This document shows, in pieces, positions 33,559 through 47,670 of a stretch of 64,000 nucleotides of DNA. The stretch is taken from NCBI GenBank assembly GCA_002104945.1, contig MCFH01000001.1, forward strand, positions 806,001 through 870,000. The letters run 5' to 3'. How positions within the stretch are numbered: the first letter of the stretch is position 1; each line of letters opens with the position of its first letter. A program made the position numbers and the translations under genes. The DNA is from Piromyces finnis finn (taxonomy: Eukaryota > Fungi > Neocallimastigomycota). The notes below the pieces were generated by a model, which saw only the letters and a program-made list of their open reading frames with translations, had not been told where the DNA came from and searched no databases.

Positions 33559-35455
33559 AGTAGTAGTAGTAGCAATTGTTGTTGTTGTTGTAATAATAAT
33601 ATTATTATTATGTTTATTAATATTATTATTATATAATAACTAACCCCATTTAGATTATAAACCGTATTCAATAAATTAAATTATATAATATAATTATTAT
33701 TTATAAAATAAAAACATTATTAAAATTATAATACGGATTAAATATATATAATTGCATAACATATTTATACTATTTCATAATTTATTGATATTCGTATTTA
33801 GTAATATTTTACCTGTTTATTGGAAACTGTACATAGTTGTATTATGTCATTTTATGAATAGAAAAAAATTATTATTTATTCATATAACGGTAAATAATGC
33901 AAGAAAAATTACTGCCTTAAAAAAATATAAAAAAAGGGTATAGTTTAAGATGTAATAAAGAAAAAAAAAAAAAAGTTAACAAAATACAAAAAATATAAAG
34001 AATGTAATATAGATAAATTATAATAAAATAAAAAAAAAAAATAAAAAATAAAAACAGTATTAAAATGAATTTAGCATAATAATTAATTATTAAAAATCGA
34101 AATTAATAATGGTTTTAATATTTAATATCTTCAAAAATGAGATTCTAATACTATTAATAAAATAATTTAAAAAAAGTCACTAATATAAATATAAATAAAA
34201 AATAATGGTTTTACTTTTTATATATTTTATTTATTAAAAGTTTTATTTTAGACTTATTAATGTCTTTCCTACTGATATTAACATTTAATATAGTTAATTA
34301 TACAATACACTATTTTTTAAATATATATATATATATATATTAACTTTATAAATAATTAAAAAGTGTTTTTCTTCATTCTCAATCTGTTAATATTTGAAAT
34401 ATATATATGATATTTTATAATAAAATAATATTTATTCTTTATTATATTTTGTAAGAAAGACTTGACTATTTTTTTTTCTAAATATTCAATTTTATTATTC
34501 TTTAACTTAAAAAATGAAAATATCAAATGCTCTATAAACTAAAATGATTAAAACTTAAATTTTTTATATCTTTTTATTTGTCTATTTGTTTGTTTTTTTA
34601 TTATAAAATTGTATATTTTATTAATATAATTTTACTGCGCATCTTATTTAACATTAATTTAATATATATTATGCATTATTATTAACTTACATAGTATCAT
34701 CACATCACAATTGTAATATGTTTAAAATGAATTCTTTGATCCTAGCAATTAAATAATTTGAACTATATATATATAAGATTACTATGTATAATATTTTTTT
34801 GTTATCACAATGTTTTCATGTTTTCATGTTTTTTTAATATTGTAATTTCATCAATAACATTTTATTATTAATTAATTGTATTATACATTTTATATGTTTT
34901 CTTCTTTCCTTATTATTTTCAATATTAATATTAATAAATAATCCACAAAATTTTATATATTTTATTAAATTAAATAATATATTTTTTTAAAAAAAAAATT
35001 AAAAATTTTAATAATTATGAACCTTTCAGGGCCAATTTGTTGAATTTATAAAATTTTAAAAAAAAAAAAAAAAATAATATATGCTTTGTGTTTTTTTTTT
35101 TTTTTTAATTTCATTTCTTCAAGTTTCACTATTTAAATTGTCACATCTAAAAAAAAAAAAGTATTTCAGTATTACTAAATTAAAAATAGTTCAAAATAGT
35201 ATCCAAAATAAATTTTATATTAATTAAAATAAAAATCTTGTACAGCATTTTAATATTTCATAAGAATTTATTTAAAGAGAAATAAAAACATTTAATTCAA
35301 TTTTTTTTTACAATTTTCATGCCCTAATAATTTCATTGAATTTAATAGTTTATTTTAATATTTGATTTGATACATTCAGTATAAAAAAGTTAATTTTATA
35401 CAATATTTTTGCTTTATTTATAATAAATTTATAATAATATACTAAATAACCTAAA

Positions 35456-37394
35456 ATGAAATATACTTATGATAAATCTATTCCTTTAAAAAATCATTCT
35501 CCAAAGGTTTGTTTTTTAATTTTATTTTCGGAATTAAAAAAAAACATTATATATTTATATATTAACATCACATAATTTTAATAATAAAGAAATTGCATAA
35601 ACCACAGTCAGAATCAACGTAAGTACATTAAAAGAAATTAAAATACATAATAATAAATGGAATGGATATATTTAATTCTTTAATAATATAACGAATATTT
35701 CATTATTTTATTAAATCTTATTGCTTTTTAATGTAAATACGTGCTCTAAAATATATTAATATTAAAAAATTTAAAATCTTTTTTAATATATTAAAGTCAA
35801 AATTCACAAGAGAAAAGATGGTCTATAAATGACTTTGAAGTTGGTAGAGCTTTAGGAAAAGGAAAGTTTGGAAGAGTCTATTTAGCTCGTGAAAAAAGAA
35901 CAGGTTATATAGTTGCTTTAAAAGTATTACATAAAAGAGAATTAGCAAATGCTAAAATTGAAAAACAACTTCGTCGTGAAATTGAAATTCAATCTCATTT
36001 AAGGTATTGTCCATCCTATTAATATTTTTTTTAATTGTTTGTTTATTTCTTTTTATTACTATTATTATTATGTTTTATTAGTTTATTAATATCTATTGAA
36101 TTCATATAATAATGTTTATATTTTTTTGATATTATAATATCAACTTATTTTAAAAAAAAAATAAATCTAGACATGGGAACATTATAAGATTATATGGCTA
36201 TTTTTATGATAGTAAATGTGTCTATCTAATCATTGAATACGCTGCTAATGGTGAATTATATAAAAGATTAAAGCATGAAGGAAAATTTACTGAAGAACAG
36301 GCTTCAAAGGTATTTTTAATACTTTTTTAGATAATTTGTAATGTTAATATAGATTAAGCATTTGCTTAACCACTTTCATTTTGACATGATATAGTAATAC
36401 AGAAATACTCATTTTCTTTTTAAAATAATATGTTTTTTCATTAATTTTGCTTTTATTATGGTTATTAAAATAAAAAATAATAATAATAATAAATTAACAT
36501 TATAAATATAATATATATATATATTTTTATTTAATAATTATTTTGGAAATATGTATTCTTTACTATCTTTTTTTCTAAATATATATTAAATAAGTATATT
36601 AAACAAATGGCAACTGCTTTATTATACTTACATAAACGTAATGTTATTCATCGTGATATTAAACCAGAAAATTTATTACTTGGTTATAATGGGGAATTAA
36701 AAATTGGTGATTTTGGGTGGTCTGTTCATACTTCAAATGCCAGGTAACTATTTTAAAAACTAATATTTATTCATTTTTTTATTAATAAATAATCTTTTGA
36801 TAAATATATAATATTTTAATTAAAATTACATTGATGCTAATATATATATATCTATTGTTTATCATTATTAAAAACTTTTATTTCTGTTATTAAAAAATTT
36901 TAACAGTAGAAGAAGAACATTGTGTGGTACATTAGATTATCTTCCTCCAGAAATGATTGAAGGAAAAGATCATTCTGCTGCAGTTGATATCTGGAGTTTA
37001 GGAGTATTGTGTTATGAATTTTTAGTAGGTGTACCACCATTTGAAGCACCTGAAAGAGATACATATAAAAGAATTGCAAAAGTTGACTTAAGAATACCAA
37101 ATTCTCTTTCACCTGAAGCTAAAGATTTAATTAAAAGGGTAAAGCACATTTAAAAAAAAAAAGAAATAGAATAAAAATAAAAAGATACCTATTAAATAAA
37201 ATAAAAAAAAAAAAAAAAAAAAATAATAATTATTAATATATTTTTATCTCGTTATTTATTTAATGCAATTATATATTTATTATCAAAAAAAAAAAAAAAA
37301 AAAAAAGTTATTACAACATGATCCAGAAAAAAGACTACCATTAACCAAAGTATTAACTCATCCATGGATTATTAAATATAACCCACCATCATAA
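35456..37394 (+). CDS. IPL1: Aurora kinase (Ipl1/Ark1 orthologue), 7 exons, ~296 aa
   Basis: Exons 35456-35506, 35590-35618, 35797-36003, 36171-36309, 36595-36743, 36910-37138, 37308-37394. Motifs: [57 protein letters not shown]...[19 protein letters not shown]. Confidence 0.93.
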
Positions 37395-37519
37395 TAATAC
37401 AATTCAAATCATTCATCAAAAATAATAATTTGAATGAAATCATCTATACCACTATATTATTATACTATATATACCTACCTATATATAACACTCTCATTTA
37501 ATATTTTAATACTATAAAG

Positions 37520-37850
37520 ATAATATCAGCGTTGATATTCTTCTTTTTCTAATAAATCATTATAATCCCATTTTTTCAAAGTAATCAACAGTATTATCAA
37601 CATTTTTCATTCCTCAATTTTTACTCTGTAAAGCATTATGAAAAGCATTTGAAATGTTTATATAGCAAATAATAACATGAATTGAAACCATTTTTTATGG
37701 ATAAAATAGACCTTTACACAATACCAAAAATATGTACTTAACTTCAATTTTATTAAAATACTTTATGGTATCATCACCTATATCTATAATTTATTTGATA
37801 TCAAATGAAATTCACACTGTCATTTTTTAACAAAAAAAATTCTCGAGGAT
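37520..37850 (-). mobile_element. Possible decayed MULE-type transposase fragment
   Basis: Broken frames read KGLFYP...SNAFHNALQSK...VDYFEK.WD, resembling the MULE 'alafLP...v..aF..l...dYFe.tW' segment. Several stops and frameshifts. Confidence 0.28.
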
Positions 37851-38593
37851 CGGCTATTAGAGTTGAATATAATTTATCTTTTTTATAGTCATAATTACTA
37901 TTTATTTTTTAATTTTTTTTTTTTTTTTTATACATTACTATGGATATCCATCATTTTATACATAAAAGTTTTTTTTTTTTAACCATTTATTTATACACCA
38001 TAGAATTATAAATTTTGTTTATTTTTTTTTTTTTTTTTCCTAATTTATTTATAGAAAATCTATTTCAAAATATCAACTCTATCCATTTAAAAAATAATAA
38101 ATATATTAAATAAAAAAAAAAAAAAAAAAAGGCTTTAATTGTATATATATATGTATAATTTATTAATGATGACGATTATTTTCTATTATTTTTTATTGGT
38201 GTTGTTGTTGTTGTTGTAGACTTTGGTCAGCATCTCAATAAAGTAAACCTATAAAAATTTATATTTATACCTATCTGATACGAAACCACACATAAAAAAA
38301 AATATCTTTTTTTTTTTTTATTTCATATTTATTTTTTTTTTTTTATTTTATTTATTATTATTACTTTATTTTTTCTAAGATCTAAAAAGTATTCTATTAT
38401 ATAGATATGCCTATTATATAATTCTATTTTATATATATTATATATATATAATATAAAAAGAAAAGTATCATGATTTTTTGATACTTGACGTTTTTTTTTT
38501 TTTTAATAGATATTGTTTTGCTTTGTTTTACTTTGTTTTTGAACCTTGAAATATTATTTTTCTTTTAAGATACTAATGATTTTAATTATGATT

Positions 38594-38727
<134 letters not shown>

Positions 38728-38770
38728 TTTTTATTAAATTTAGTAAATTATTCTATTTATAAAAAAAAAA

Positions 38771-39938
38771 TTATTGGTGATTGGCTTTGTAATTTTCAAC
38801 CCATTCTTCAATTCTGTTAACGTTACTTTCCATTTCTTCAACAGTGTTACTCATTAATTCAATAACAATTTCTGGTTTGTAACTTTCTCTAGCTTCTTCT
38901 AAAACAACTTGCATAATTTCAGCTTCAACATTTTCTTCAATTTTGTGTTGTTTGTATCCTCTATAGTAAAAAAAAAAAAAAAAAAAAATAGAAAATACGT
39001 ATAATCCCATAATAAATAAATTTAATTCAGAAAATGAATTGATGATTATTTTTAAATATAATGATAAAATAATTTAAAGGCATAGTAAATATATAATATA
39101 TAATAAAATGAAGAGAAAGAGAGAAAAGGTTAATAATTGAAATGATTTCCAATTTTTATCGAAATCAATATTTTAAAATAGTTGAATAATAATATATAAT
39201 AATAGTTTTATAGTGATTTTTTCTAAATATATATATATATATGAACCTGCTTTCGAGTCTTGGGTATAAAATTTCATTATAAGTACGTAAAACAACAATA
39301 AGGTCAAACCATCTTTCTGGGAAAAAGTCACAACTGTGGAAATCAACAATATTACCACCAGCAGACATCATTTCTTCCATTTCATCAACTAACTGTTATA
39401 ATTGTTAAAATTAAAAATTATAATATATATATAATTTATATATTATTAATACAATATTTATAAAAAAGTTATATTGTTTTCTCATAGTTTTATTGGATAT
39501 AAAAATCATTTCTAATTTACTATCTTTTTTTTTTTTTATTTTTATTTCATTTTATATAAATATATAATTTTTTAAAAAAAAAAAAAAAAAAATCAACTAA
39601 ATTCGAAATTGATTTTTTTAAATTACTTAATTTTTTTAAAAAAAAAAAAAAAAATAACAATAAAAAAGAAAAATAAAAATAAAATCAATGATAATAATTA
39701 TTAGGATTTTAATTTCTTTTTTTTTTTTTTTTTTTTTTACCTTATCTTCATCAAGAATGAAAGCATCAAATTCCTTGTCGACACCTTCATGACATTCCTT
39801 TTCCTTTACAATAGTACCAACATTAATATTATTAAGTCCAGTTGCAATAGCTAATAATTCACTTGTAGTAGTTTTTCCTGTACCTGGAGTACCAGTAATT
39901 AAAATATTTGGTAATTTTCTATCAGCAGCAGTAGCCAT
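38771..39938 (-). CDS. FAP7: Adenylate kinase isoenzyme 6 / Fap7 / hCINAP homologue, 3 exons, 177 aa
   Basis: Exons 39741-39938, 39247-39392, 38771-38960 (534 nt). Motifs: [15 protein letters not shown] (P-loop), [46 protein letters not shown]. Confidence 0.94.
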
Positions 39939-40599
39939 TTTAAATTATTTTATTAGAAAATAAAAAGTTGAAATAATAAAAATAATAATTTTAAAAAAAA
40001 AAAAAAAAAAAAGTCAAAATAAATCTATTGGATCAAAAAGATATTAAAAATAAAATCTAACCATGATCATAAAAATTTATTTCTATCATCAAAATCTAAA
40101 TTACCTAGCACCATTCACCAAATAAGATTAATGGCAATAAAAAAAACTATTTTAAATATTATTTAAAAAAATTTAACCATTTATAAACATTCTTTATTAT
40201 CAGCTTTTAAAAAAATAACACACAAAATTAAAAATATTAAATTCAAGATCTGTTTTTTGGTTTTATATTTTTTTTTATTTTTTATATTACAAATTAATGT
40301 TTTATTTTTTTTTTAATTTTTTTTACAAATTATAATAGGATAAATTATGGTATAATTGTATATATAAAACTAACGGTTATAACTCTATGACCAAAACAAA
40401 ATTGTTTAATCAAAAGATCCATTCATTTTACATAGTGACGAAATTATCTTTATTCTTTGTCTTCGATTAATTTTTATGATTTTTATGATAGTTCTTTTTT
40501 TTGCTTCCAATTATTTGGAAATGTTTTATATTTTTCCAATTATTTGGAAACTTTTAAAATATTTCTAATTTTATAAACGATAGAAGGGGGTTAAGTCGC

Positions 40600-42039
40600 T
40601 TACCACCAGTCACCGTGAACCTTCATGGCGTTGGCAACCTTAATGAAACCAGTGATGTTGGCACCTTGGACAAGAGATGGAAGAGCAGAAACAGCAGCAT
40701 CGGCCTTGTTAGCAGAAGCCTTAACTTCACCAAGAGCTTCACGAGTGTAGGCAGCAGAGTTGTCGACAGATTCGTTGAAGATGTTGGTCATGATGTTGTT
40801 TAATTCTTCATCAACACGAGCTGGAGTCCAGGTCATACGTTGAGAGTTTTGAGCCATTTCAAGAGCAGAAACAGCAACACCACCAGCGTTGGAGGCCTTA
40901 CCTGGAGCGTACCAGAATTGACCAGCTGGCTTACCGGCCTTAACGGATTCGTTGTAGGCAACACGGAGAGCTTCCATCTTTTGGACAGCAGCATCAGTGG
41001 AACCCATGTTGGAACCTTCAGCAATAAGGAAACATCCGGCCTTAACTAAAGCTTCAACATCATCAGCATCGTTTTCGTTTTGAGTAGCACATGGAAGAGC
41101 AATGTCAACCTTTGGAAGGTTCTTCCATGGTCTTTGGGCTGGTAACCAAGTGAAACGGTCATCCTTGATTTCTTCAAGGGAACCCTTTCTGACCTTAAGA
41201 TCGGCAATGAAGTCGATATCGGCGTGGGTGAATGGCTTGGCAGCATCCTTAACAATAAGGGCACCACGAGAGTCAGATAAAGACATAACAATAGCACCAA
41301 GATCGATTAACTTCTTAGCAGCGAATTGGGCGACGTTACCAGAACCAGAGACGGCACAGTACTTACCCTTGATGTCCTTACCCATGTAAGTAAGCATGTT
41401 TAAGACGAAGTAAATTAAACCGTAACCAGTAGCTTCTGGACGGATGAAAGAACCGTTAAGACCGTAACGGGTATCCTTACCAGTGAGGACACCAAAGTCA
41501 CGCTTTTGTTGAAGACGCTTGTAGGCACCGTATAAGAAACCAACTTCACGACCACCAACACCAATATCACCAGCTGGGACATCGATATCAGCACCAATGT
41601 GACGGTGGAGTTCAGTCATGAAAGCTTGACAGAATCTTCTGATTTCATTGTCAGACTTACCGTGTGGGTCGAAGTCGGAACCACCCTTACCACCACCGAT
41701 TGGGAGACCGGTTAAAGCGTTCTTGAAGATTTGTTCGAAACCTAAGAACTTAAGGATGGAAAGGTTAACAGATGGATGGAATCTTAAACCACCCTTGTAT
41801 GGACCAATAGCTGAGTTGAATTGGACACGGTAACCCTTGTTAACTCTGGTGTTACCTTGGTCATCTTCCCAAGTGACACGGAAAGAAACAATTCTTTCTG
41901 GTTCAACAATAACTGGAAGACATCTCTTGAGGTCTGGGTTCTTTTCGAAGACGGTAGATTCAGTTAAAGACTTGACGATTTCGTCACGAGCTTGTTCGAA
42001 TTCTGGTTCGATTCCGTGAGTGAATTCAAATTCAGACAT
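40600..42039 (-). CDS. gdhA: NADP-specific glutamate dehydrogenase, fungal type, intronless, 479 aa
   Basis: Motifs: EPEFEQA, GPYKGGLRFHPSVNLSILKFLGFEQIFKNALTGL, GGGKGGSDFDP, RPEATGYG, SGSGNVAQFA. Strong C-ending codon bias typical of highly expressed genes. Confidence 0.97.
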   Translation of the reverse strand: MSEFEFTHGIEPEFEQARDEIVKSLTESTVFEKNPDLKRCLPVIVEPERIVSFRVTWEDDQGNTRVNKGYRVQFNSAIGPYKGGLRFHPSVNLSILKFLGFEQIFKNALTGLPIGGGKGGSDFDPHGKSDNEIRRFCQAFMTELHRHIGADIDVPAGDIGVGGREVGFLYGAYKRLQQKRDFGVLTGKDTRYGLNGSFIRPEATGYGLIYFVLNMLTYMGKDIKGKYCAVSGSGNVAQFAAKKLIDLGAIVMSLSDSRGALIVKDAAKPFTHADIDFIADLKVRKGSLEEIKDDRFTWLPAQRPWKNLPKVDIALPCATQNENDADDVEALVKAGCFLIAEGSNMGSTDAAVQKMEALRVAYNESVKAGKPAGQFWYAPGKASNAGGVAVSALEMAQNSQRMTWTPARVDEELNNIMTNIFNESVDNSAAYTREALGEVKASANKADAAVSALPSLVQGANITGFIKVANAMKVHGDWW

Positions 42040-45000
42040 GTTTGATTTTTGTTTTGGATTTAAAATTTAATTACAAAAAAATAATTAAATAAAAAGTGTA
42101 GTGAAAAAAAGTAAACCGTGATAATTCTTCGTATTTATACTCTGAAAAAAACACACCCAAATTAAATGAATTGATTCACCATCTTAAATTAAATAATATA
42201 TAGAGTAATATATAATAGAAATATATCAAATAGCATTATAAAATGAATTGTATATTATATAATTTAATATATTGATATTATTTAAATTTTAAACTAAAAT
42301 AGTATATGATACACCGTTTCACAAATGCTTTAATAAATCTATTTTTATATTATAATATATTGTTATAATATACAAAAAATATATTATAATATAGGATTTA
42401 CCATTTAATTCTATCATAAATGTAAATATAAAAATTGTTGATAGGAAAAAAATAATAATAATTTCATACAAACTAACCCATATAAAAAACTATATTTATT
42501 TCAATACACTACAATATAAAAATATACACAGAGTTGTACTATAATTGGCAGTTTAAAATTTTTACCATTTTATTCCATTATTATCTATTGACCATAATAA
42601 AACATAATAATAAATAGTTTCTATTTTATTTTTTTATTTTAAAATCATCCTAAAGAAATGAAGCGAGCCATTTTACTTCTTTTAGCGGGACTTTAGCTAT
42701 TTATATTATTTTCAACAATTATATCATTAAATTTAATTAATGATTAATTTAAAAAGTGTATTTTTCTAATTGTCTTTTGCATAAAATCAACACTATTGAT
42801 AATCTTCATGCCTACTCATCCTACTAATTTTTTTAATAATGTGATGTGATAGTTATCAATAACTATTTCAAAGGAATAAGGAATAATTATTAATTTTTTC
42901 TATTTATTAGGATTTAAAATTAGGATGACTCTATTTTTTTTTATCTCTTATTTTTACTGATAAAAAATTAATGATGATACCCTTTTGAAAATTAATAAGA
43001 ACCATTATTACTAATAATTTCCTATCGATTATTACTATCCAATAGTGTTATCATTTATAAAAAATTTTTGATAAGAATAATAATGTAACATATAAATTAC
43101 ATTTAATTACAACGTATATTAAAATATATTTATCTTATCAATTTTTGATAAGTTTGTTTAATTTTGATAATAACTTGAATACATAATATTATAAATATAT
43201 TATAAATATATTGTATTATATTGTATTATATTGCATTATGGTATCATTTAATATTATTTTTATCTTATCTTTTTATTAAATTTTATGTCAAAGAATTTTA
43301 TTAAAATTTATATAAAGCATGGTATAAAGAAAAAAAACAACATCTTATGCATCTTATGATTATCATATATATTGATATTATTATTTATATGACTTTATAA
43401 TGCTAAATGGGAGGAATAGTGGGTGGTGGTGGTGGTGGTATTTCTATTGTTGATAGAATGATATTTATTTAGTGTTTTTGATTATATAATTAACATTTAT
43501 CTAATGGTATAATTATTTATTCATTCATTTAATAAAAGAATTTAATATTTATTTAAGTTTGAATATCATAAAAATTATAAAAATTAGAATTTCATATAAT
43601 TTACAGCGTAGTATAATGTAGTGTAATGTATTAATAGTAATAATTGGATACATAAATGTAGAAAATTAAAATTTTTATACTCTTACCAAAAAAGTAAAAT
43701 TGCCTACAGTCTAAATAAAGGTAGTTTATAGCTTTGTAAAAGGTACAAATTTGAAGAATCACTATAAAGAAACTATTGATAAAAATGGATACAAATTACA
43801 ATTTATAAAAAATAAAAGACTTTAACTGAATGTAAATTTCATTAAATTGTTTAAATATCATCATTTAAAAATTAAATAATTTGGCATTTTAAAACATTTT
43901 AAAATTTATATTTAATGACTTTGATAATAACTATTAAAACTAATGTTACAAGTCTAACATTGTTTTTTAAATATAACTACTTTTGATGAAGCACACGAAA
44001 ACTTTTATTATTTTTGAAATATTTAAATAGTTTTACTTGAATATATTTTTTAATATTTAAATAAATGCTTATTTGTTTATTTATAATTTCAGTCCTATGA
44101 CATAAGTTATAATTAAAAAAGAAAAAAATTAATAGTTTTATATTATCTGTTTATTTACTTATTTTTTAATTGTTGATTTTTAATGTTTTATTTTGTTTTG
44201 TTTTTGTAACATGAAATTTAGATTTTGGTTGATGGTTGAAACATCAAAAATCTTGACATATAAAACAAAAAATAGAAATTATATAATAATAAATGATAGT
44301 TTCTAGTGTGTAGTATTTTAATATCTTTATAAACAAATAAAAAACGGTTTATTTGGAAATTTGTTTGAACAACAATATTTTAATTCAAACATTATAATTA
44401 TACTCAATAATTATGTAAAGCAATTATGTAAAGCAATGTTTGTTAAAAAGAATTGACGTATAAAATTATAAAAATGCATATAAATATAATAAATAAAAAT
44501 TTATTTGGTGTTGATAAAATAAAATTAAATGAAAAATTGCACAATTTAATAAATTAGAAATTTATAATACAAATTCAATGTCATTGTAATTAAATGAAAG
44601 TTGATATTTTAAAAAAAAAAAAAAAAAATATTAAGGTATAACCGATCCAAAATTCAATGTCGGTAAAACATAAAACAACTCTATTTAGTAGCAGTAAATT
44701 TTTAAAAAAGAAAAAACACGAAATATTTTTTAAAAAAATAAAACGGAATTAAATTATGTATAATTATTATTCAAGTATTTTAAATCAATATCATTCTTTA
44801 TTTTTCAAAATATCCTACAGATATTATTAATGAGATAACTAAAAAAATAAAAATAAAATGGAAAAAATAGTAATTGTATAATTTATATTCAATAAATCTG
44901 TGATTTTAATTATATTATAAATTTGTTTTTATATAGACATTTCACTGTATAAATAATAGTAATGATCACTTTTTATAAAAAAAAATAGTTATAATAATAA

Positions 45001-45145
45001 AAAAAAAAGTTTTATTAAAAGTTTATATTTTTTTAATTTTATCATCTTTATTTCTATTTTTAAAAAAAATAATAATTCTTTAAATTTTTATGAAACTTTT
45101 TACATTTATCTTTATATATAATAATACAAATATCTAGGGAGGGAA

Positions 45146-46000
45146 TTATTCCTTATTTATTTTGGATTTAATATATTCATTATAGTGGAAATACATAAGA
45201 TTATAGTGTGAATTAATAACTTTATCAACATTGTTATATATAACAATTGGATTATTCTCATTGACTATCTTTACTTTTTTGTTTATCTCATTAACATCGT
45301 ATGGAATTCCATATTCTGAAAGTAAATGTTCTATTTTTTTAAATATTGGTTTGTCTTTTAGTGAACTTAGAGGTCTTAAATATAATTTTGCATATATTTC
45401 TGAATTATCAACTTCTTCACAATATTTATTAACTTCAACATAATGTGTAGCCAAGAAATAACTTTCTTTTTTAGATAAAAATTGAATAATTAAAATACCA
45501 GCTCCAAAATAACTAGGAAATTCTGTAAAAAATAAAATATAAGAATTTAAAGAATTTAAACCAATTTTTACTTCTATTGGCCATTTACTTTGTTTTTGAT
45601 CTCTTTCTTGAGTTTTATTATAATTAATCCAATCATTTCCTAATGATATTGTATTTGCAATTACTTCATACTTGTATTTAGAAGCAACCATTTTTATGTG
45701 TTCAGGTAATGGTACTTTACCTTCATTATTTAAATGAGTACGACAATATACACGTCCAGGTACACATTTATTTGAACAATTTGTTTTATCTCTTTTTATT
45801 GCCATACAAGATAAATATGTATCATTAATATTTAATTCTGACATTTCTTTGGTTGGTGCTTGAACATTATCTTCAATTTCAAGACTATTTATTATACTAT
45901 TCTTATTTAAATTTAAATTATAACTATTATTGAAAACTTCTGTAGCTTTAGTAGCAACTTTATCAATCACTGTATTGTAATATTCTATTAGATTCTCCAT
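45146..46000 (-). CDS. Intronless hypothetical protein, 284 aa, with a C-x9-C-x10-C-x2-H zinc-finger motif
   Basis: CMAIKRDKTNCSNKCVPGRVYCRTH; clean ATG-to-TAA ORF. Confidence 0.75.
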   Translation of the reverse strand: MENLIEYYNTVIDKVATKATEVFNNSYNLNLNKNSIINSLEIEDNVQAPTKEMSELNINDTYLSCMAIKRDKTNCSNKCVPGRVYCRTHLNNEGKVPLPEHIKMVASKYKYEVIANTISLGNDWINYNKTQERDQKQSKWPIEVKIGLNSLNSYILFFTEFPSYFGAGILIIQFLSKKESYFLATHYVEVNKYCEEVDNSEIYAKLYLRPLSSLKDKPIFKKIEHLLSEYGIPYDVNEINKKVKIVNENNPIVIYNNVDKVINSHYNLMYFHYNEYIKSKINKE

Positions 46001-46269
46001 TTTTTAAAATATAGAACTATATATAATTATTCAATTCAAAAATAAAAATAAATAGCTTAATTTCCTCTATTTTTTTTTTTTATTATTAGTTTTACTATTA
46101 TTTTTACTATTATTGGATAAAGAAAATAAATATTATAATTTGTTTTGTGTAACAATTTTTAAATAAAAAAATTGTATTTATTTTTCATTTATATATATTA
46201 CTTTATATTTTAATAATATAATTATATAAATATTTAATATAAGATTTAGAATATTCTAATATTTAGCAA

Positions 46270-46570
46270 AAGATCTTTAAAATTTAAAAGGATAATGATA
46301 GTATTAGTTTAGTGTGTTCTTGTAGTAAGGTTAATAGATATTTTCATATTGCTATATATCTTTATTACATCTTTATTATATGTTAATTTAGGTATTTTGA
46401 TATGTTCATAGATGTTTTTTTCTTTTTTTTTTTTTTTACTTTTATTTTTATAACGAAAATGAGATATAAGATTTAATTTTAATAGCTGACATATTGAAGT
46501 TTCCTACAAGGATAGCTTGTAAAATCAAAATTACTTTATGTATTATCTTGTATAAAACGATATAATTTAA
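46270..46570 (-). mobile_element. Decayed LINE APE-endonuclease relic
   Basis: 46487-46513 encodes ILVGNFNMS (intact element: ILVGDFNMS). A YHYPF segment (cf. DHKPL) lies ~210 nt further on, matching the GDFN-to-SDH spacing. Confidence 0.6.
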
Positions 46571-47319
46571 ATAATTTATTACAATATTTTAAACAGATAG
46601 TTGATTTGTAAAAACTTTATATAACAAAAGTATTAATAAAAATGAATAATAAATAAATTTTTAAAGTAAAACATCCTCAACAATTTTGAAATGAAAAAAA
46701 AAAAAAGAAAATAAATATTAAAATTTATAATGGATATATAAAAATAACATGTTTATATACCCATTTATTTATAAATTAGTTTAGTAATCAAAAAGGTCAA
46801 TAATTTAAAAGGAATTTATATATATTTTAAATAGAAATTATAAAAATATTATGTATTTTAATGTATCCTTATAAAATATTTTTGAAATTAAGGGTTAGAT
46901 TAATTTATAAAAGTTATGCTTAACCCTTTATATTAATAAATTGATATAATTTTATTGTTTTTATTTTAAAAAGTGGATTTTTAATAAAAATATATATATT
47001 TTAAAATAAAAAAGAAACTTAAATATTATAATTAAATGAATAGTATTTGTTAGTATAACAAATTATAATTTAAAGATAAAAAGTAAAAATAAAAATAAAT
47101 ATAAAAAAAAAACAAATAGGTATATATAATATTAAAATCATGAAATATCATGAAAAGTAAAATTCTAAGAATTATCTTGAATGAAAAATTAAATAAAATT
47201 AAAGAATAAATATTTTTTCCATAGATATACTTTTTATAATATTAAAAGATAATAGGTAATATTCATTGTTTATCTATTTTTGCTTATTTTATTCATTATA
47301 TTAGTTTTAAATTACCAAA

Positions 47320-47520
47320 AATATGTTTCAATGTTTGAACAAGGATTCATTTCTAAACCCAAAAGAAAATAAATAAACCTTTCAATTTTAAAAAAAAAAA
47401 AAAAACAACTTTTTTCCCATTAGAGTAGCAACATCAGTAGTAGAGATAATTTTATTAATCTTTTAAAAGATTAGAAATCACCAACAAGAATCCATGAAAT
47501 AATACATAAAATTCTAATAC
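47320..47520 (-). mobile_element. Second decayed LINE APE relic
   Basis: 18-nt exact match aaatcaccaacaagaatc (47475-47492 = 54339-54356, ILVGDF), followed by a stop codon. A weak SNIE (cf. SDID) lies downstream. Confidence 0.5.
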
Positions 47521-47670
47521 CAACCTTTTTCATTTCCTTTTGCCTAAGATATTCATTTTTTTTTTTTTTTAGACTAGGAAGAGAATACATTTTTTTTTTT
47601 TTGTATTTATTTGTGATATTACATATTAATATAATAAATAATAATAAAAAAAGATAATATATATAAATAT

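Noticed and set aside
33270-33671. 133-aa poly-IL ORF
   Set aside because: Translation of the (TTAGTA)n satellite.
40615-42019. Multiple antisense and shifted ORFs over gdhA (similar ones overlap PEPCK)
   Set aside because: Expected from strong codon bias that depletes stops in other frames; short and fragmentary.
42658-42696. MKRAILLLLAGL*, a signal-peptide-like start
   Set aside because: Stops after 12 codons with no convincing downstream frame or splice site.
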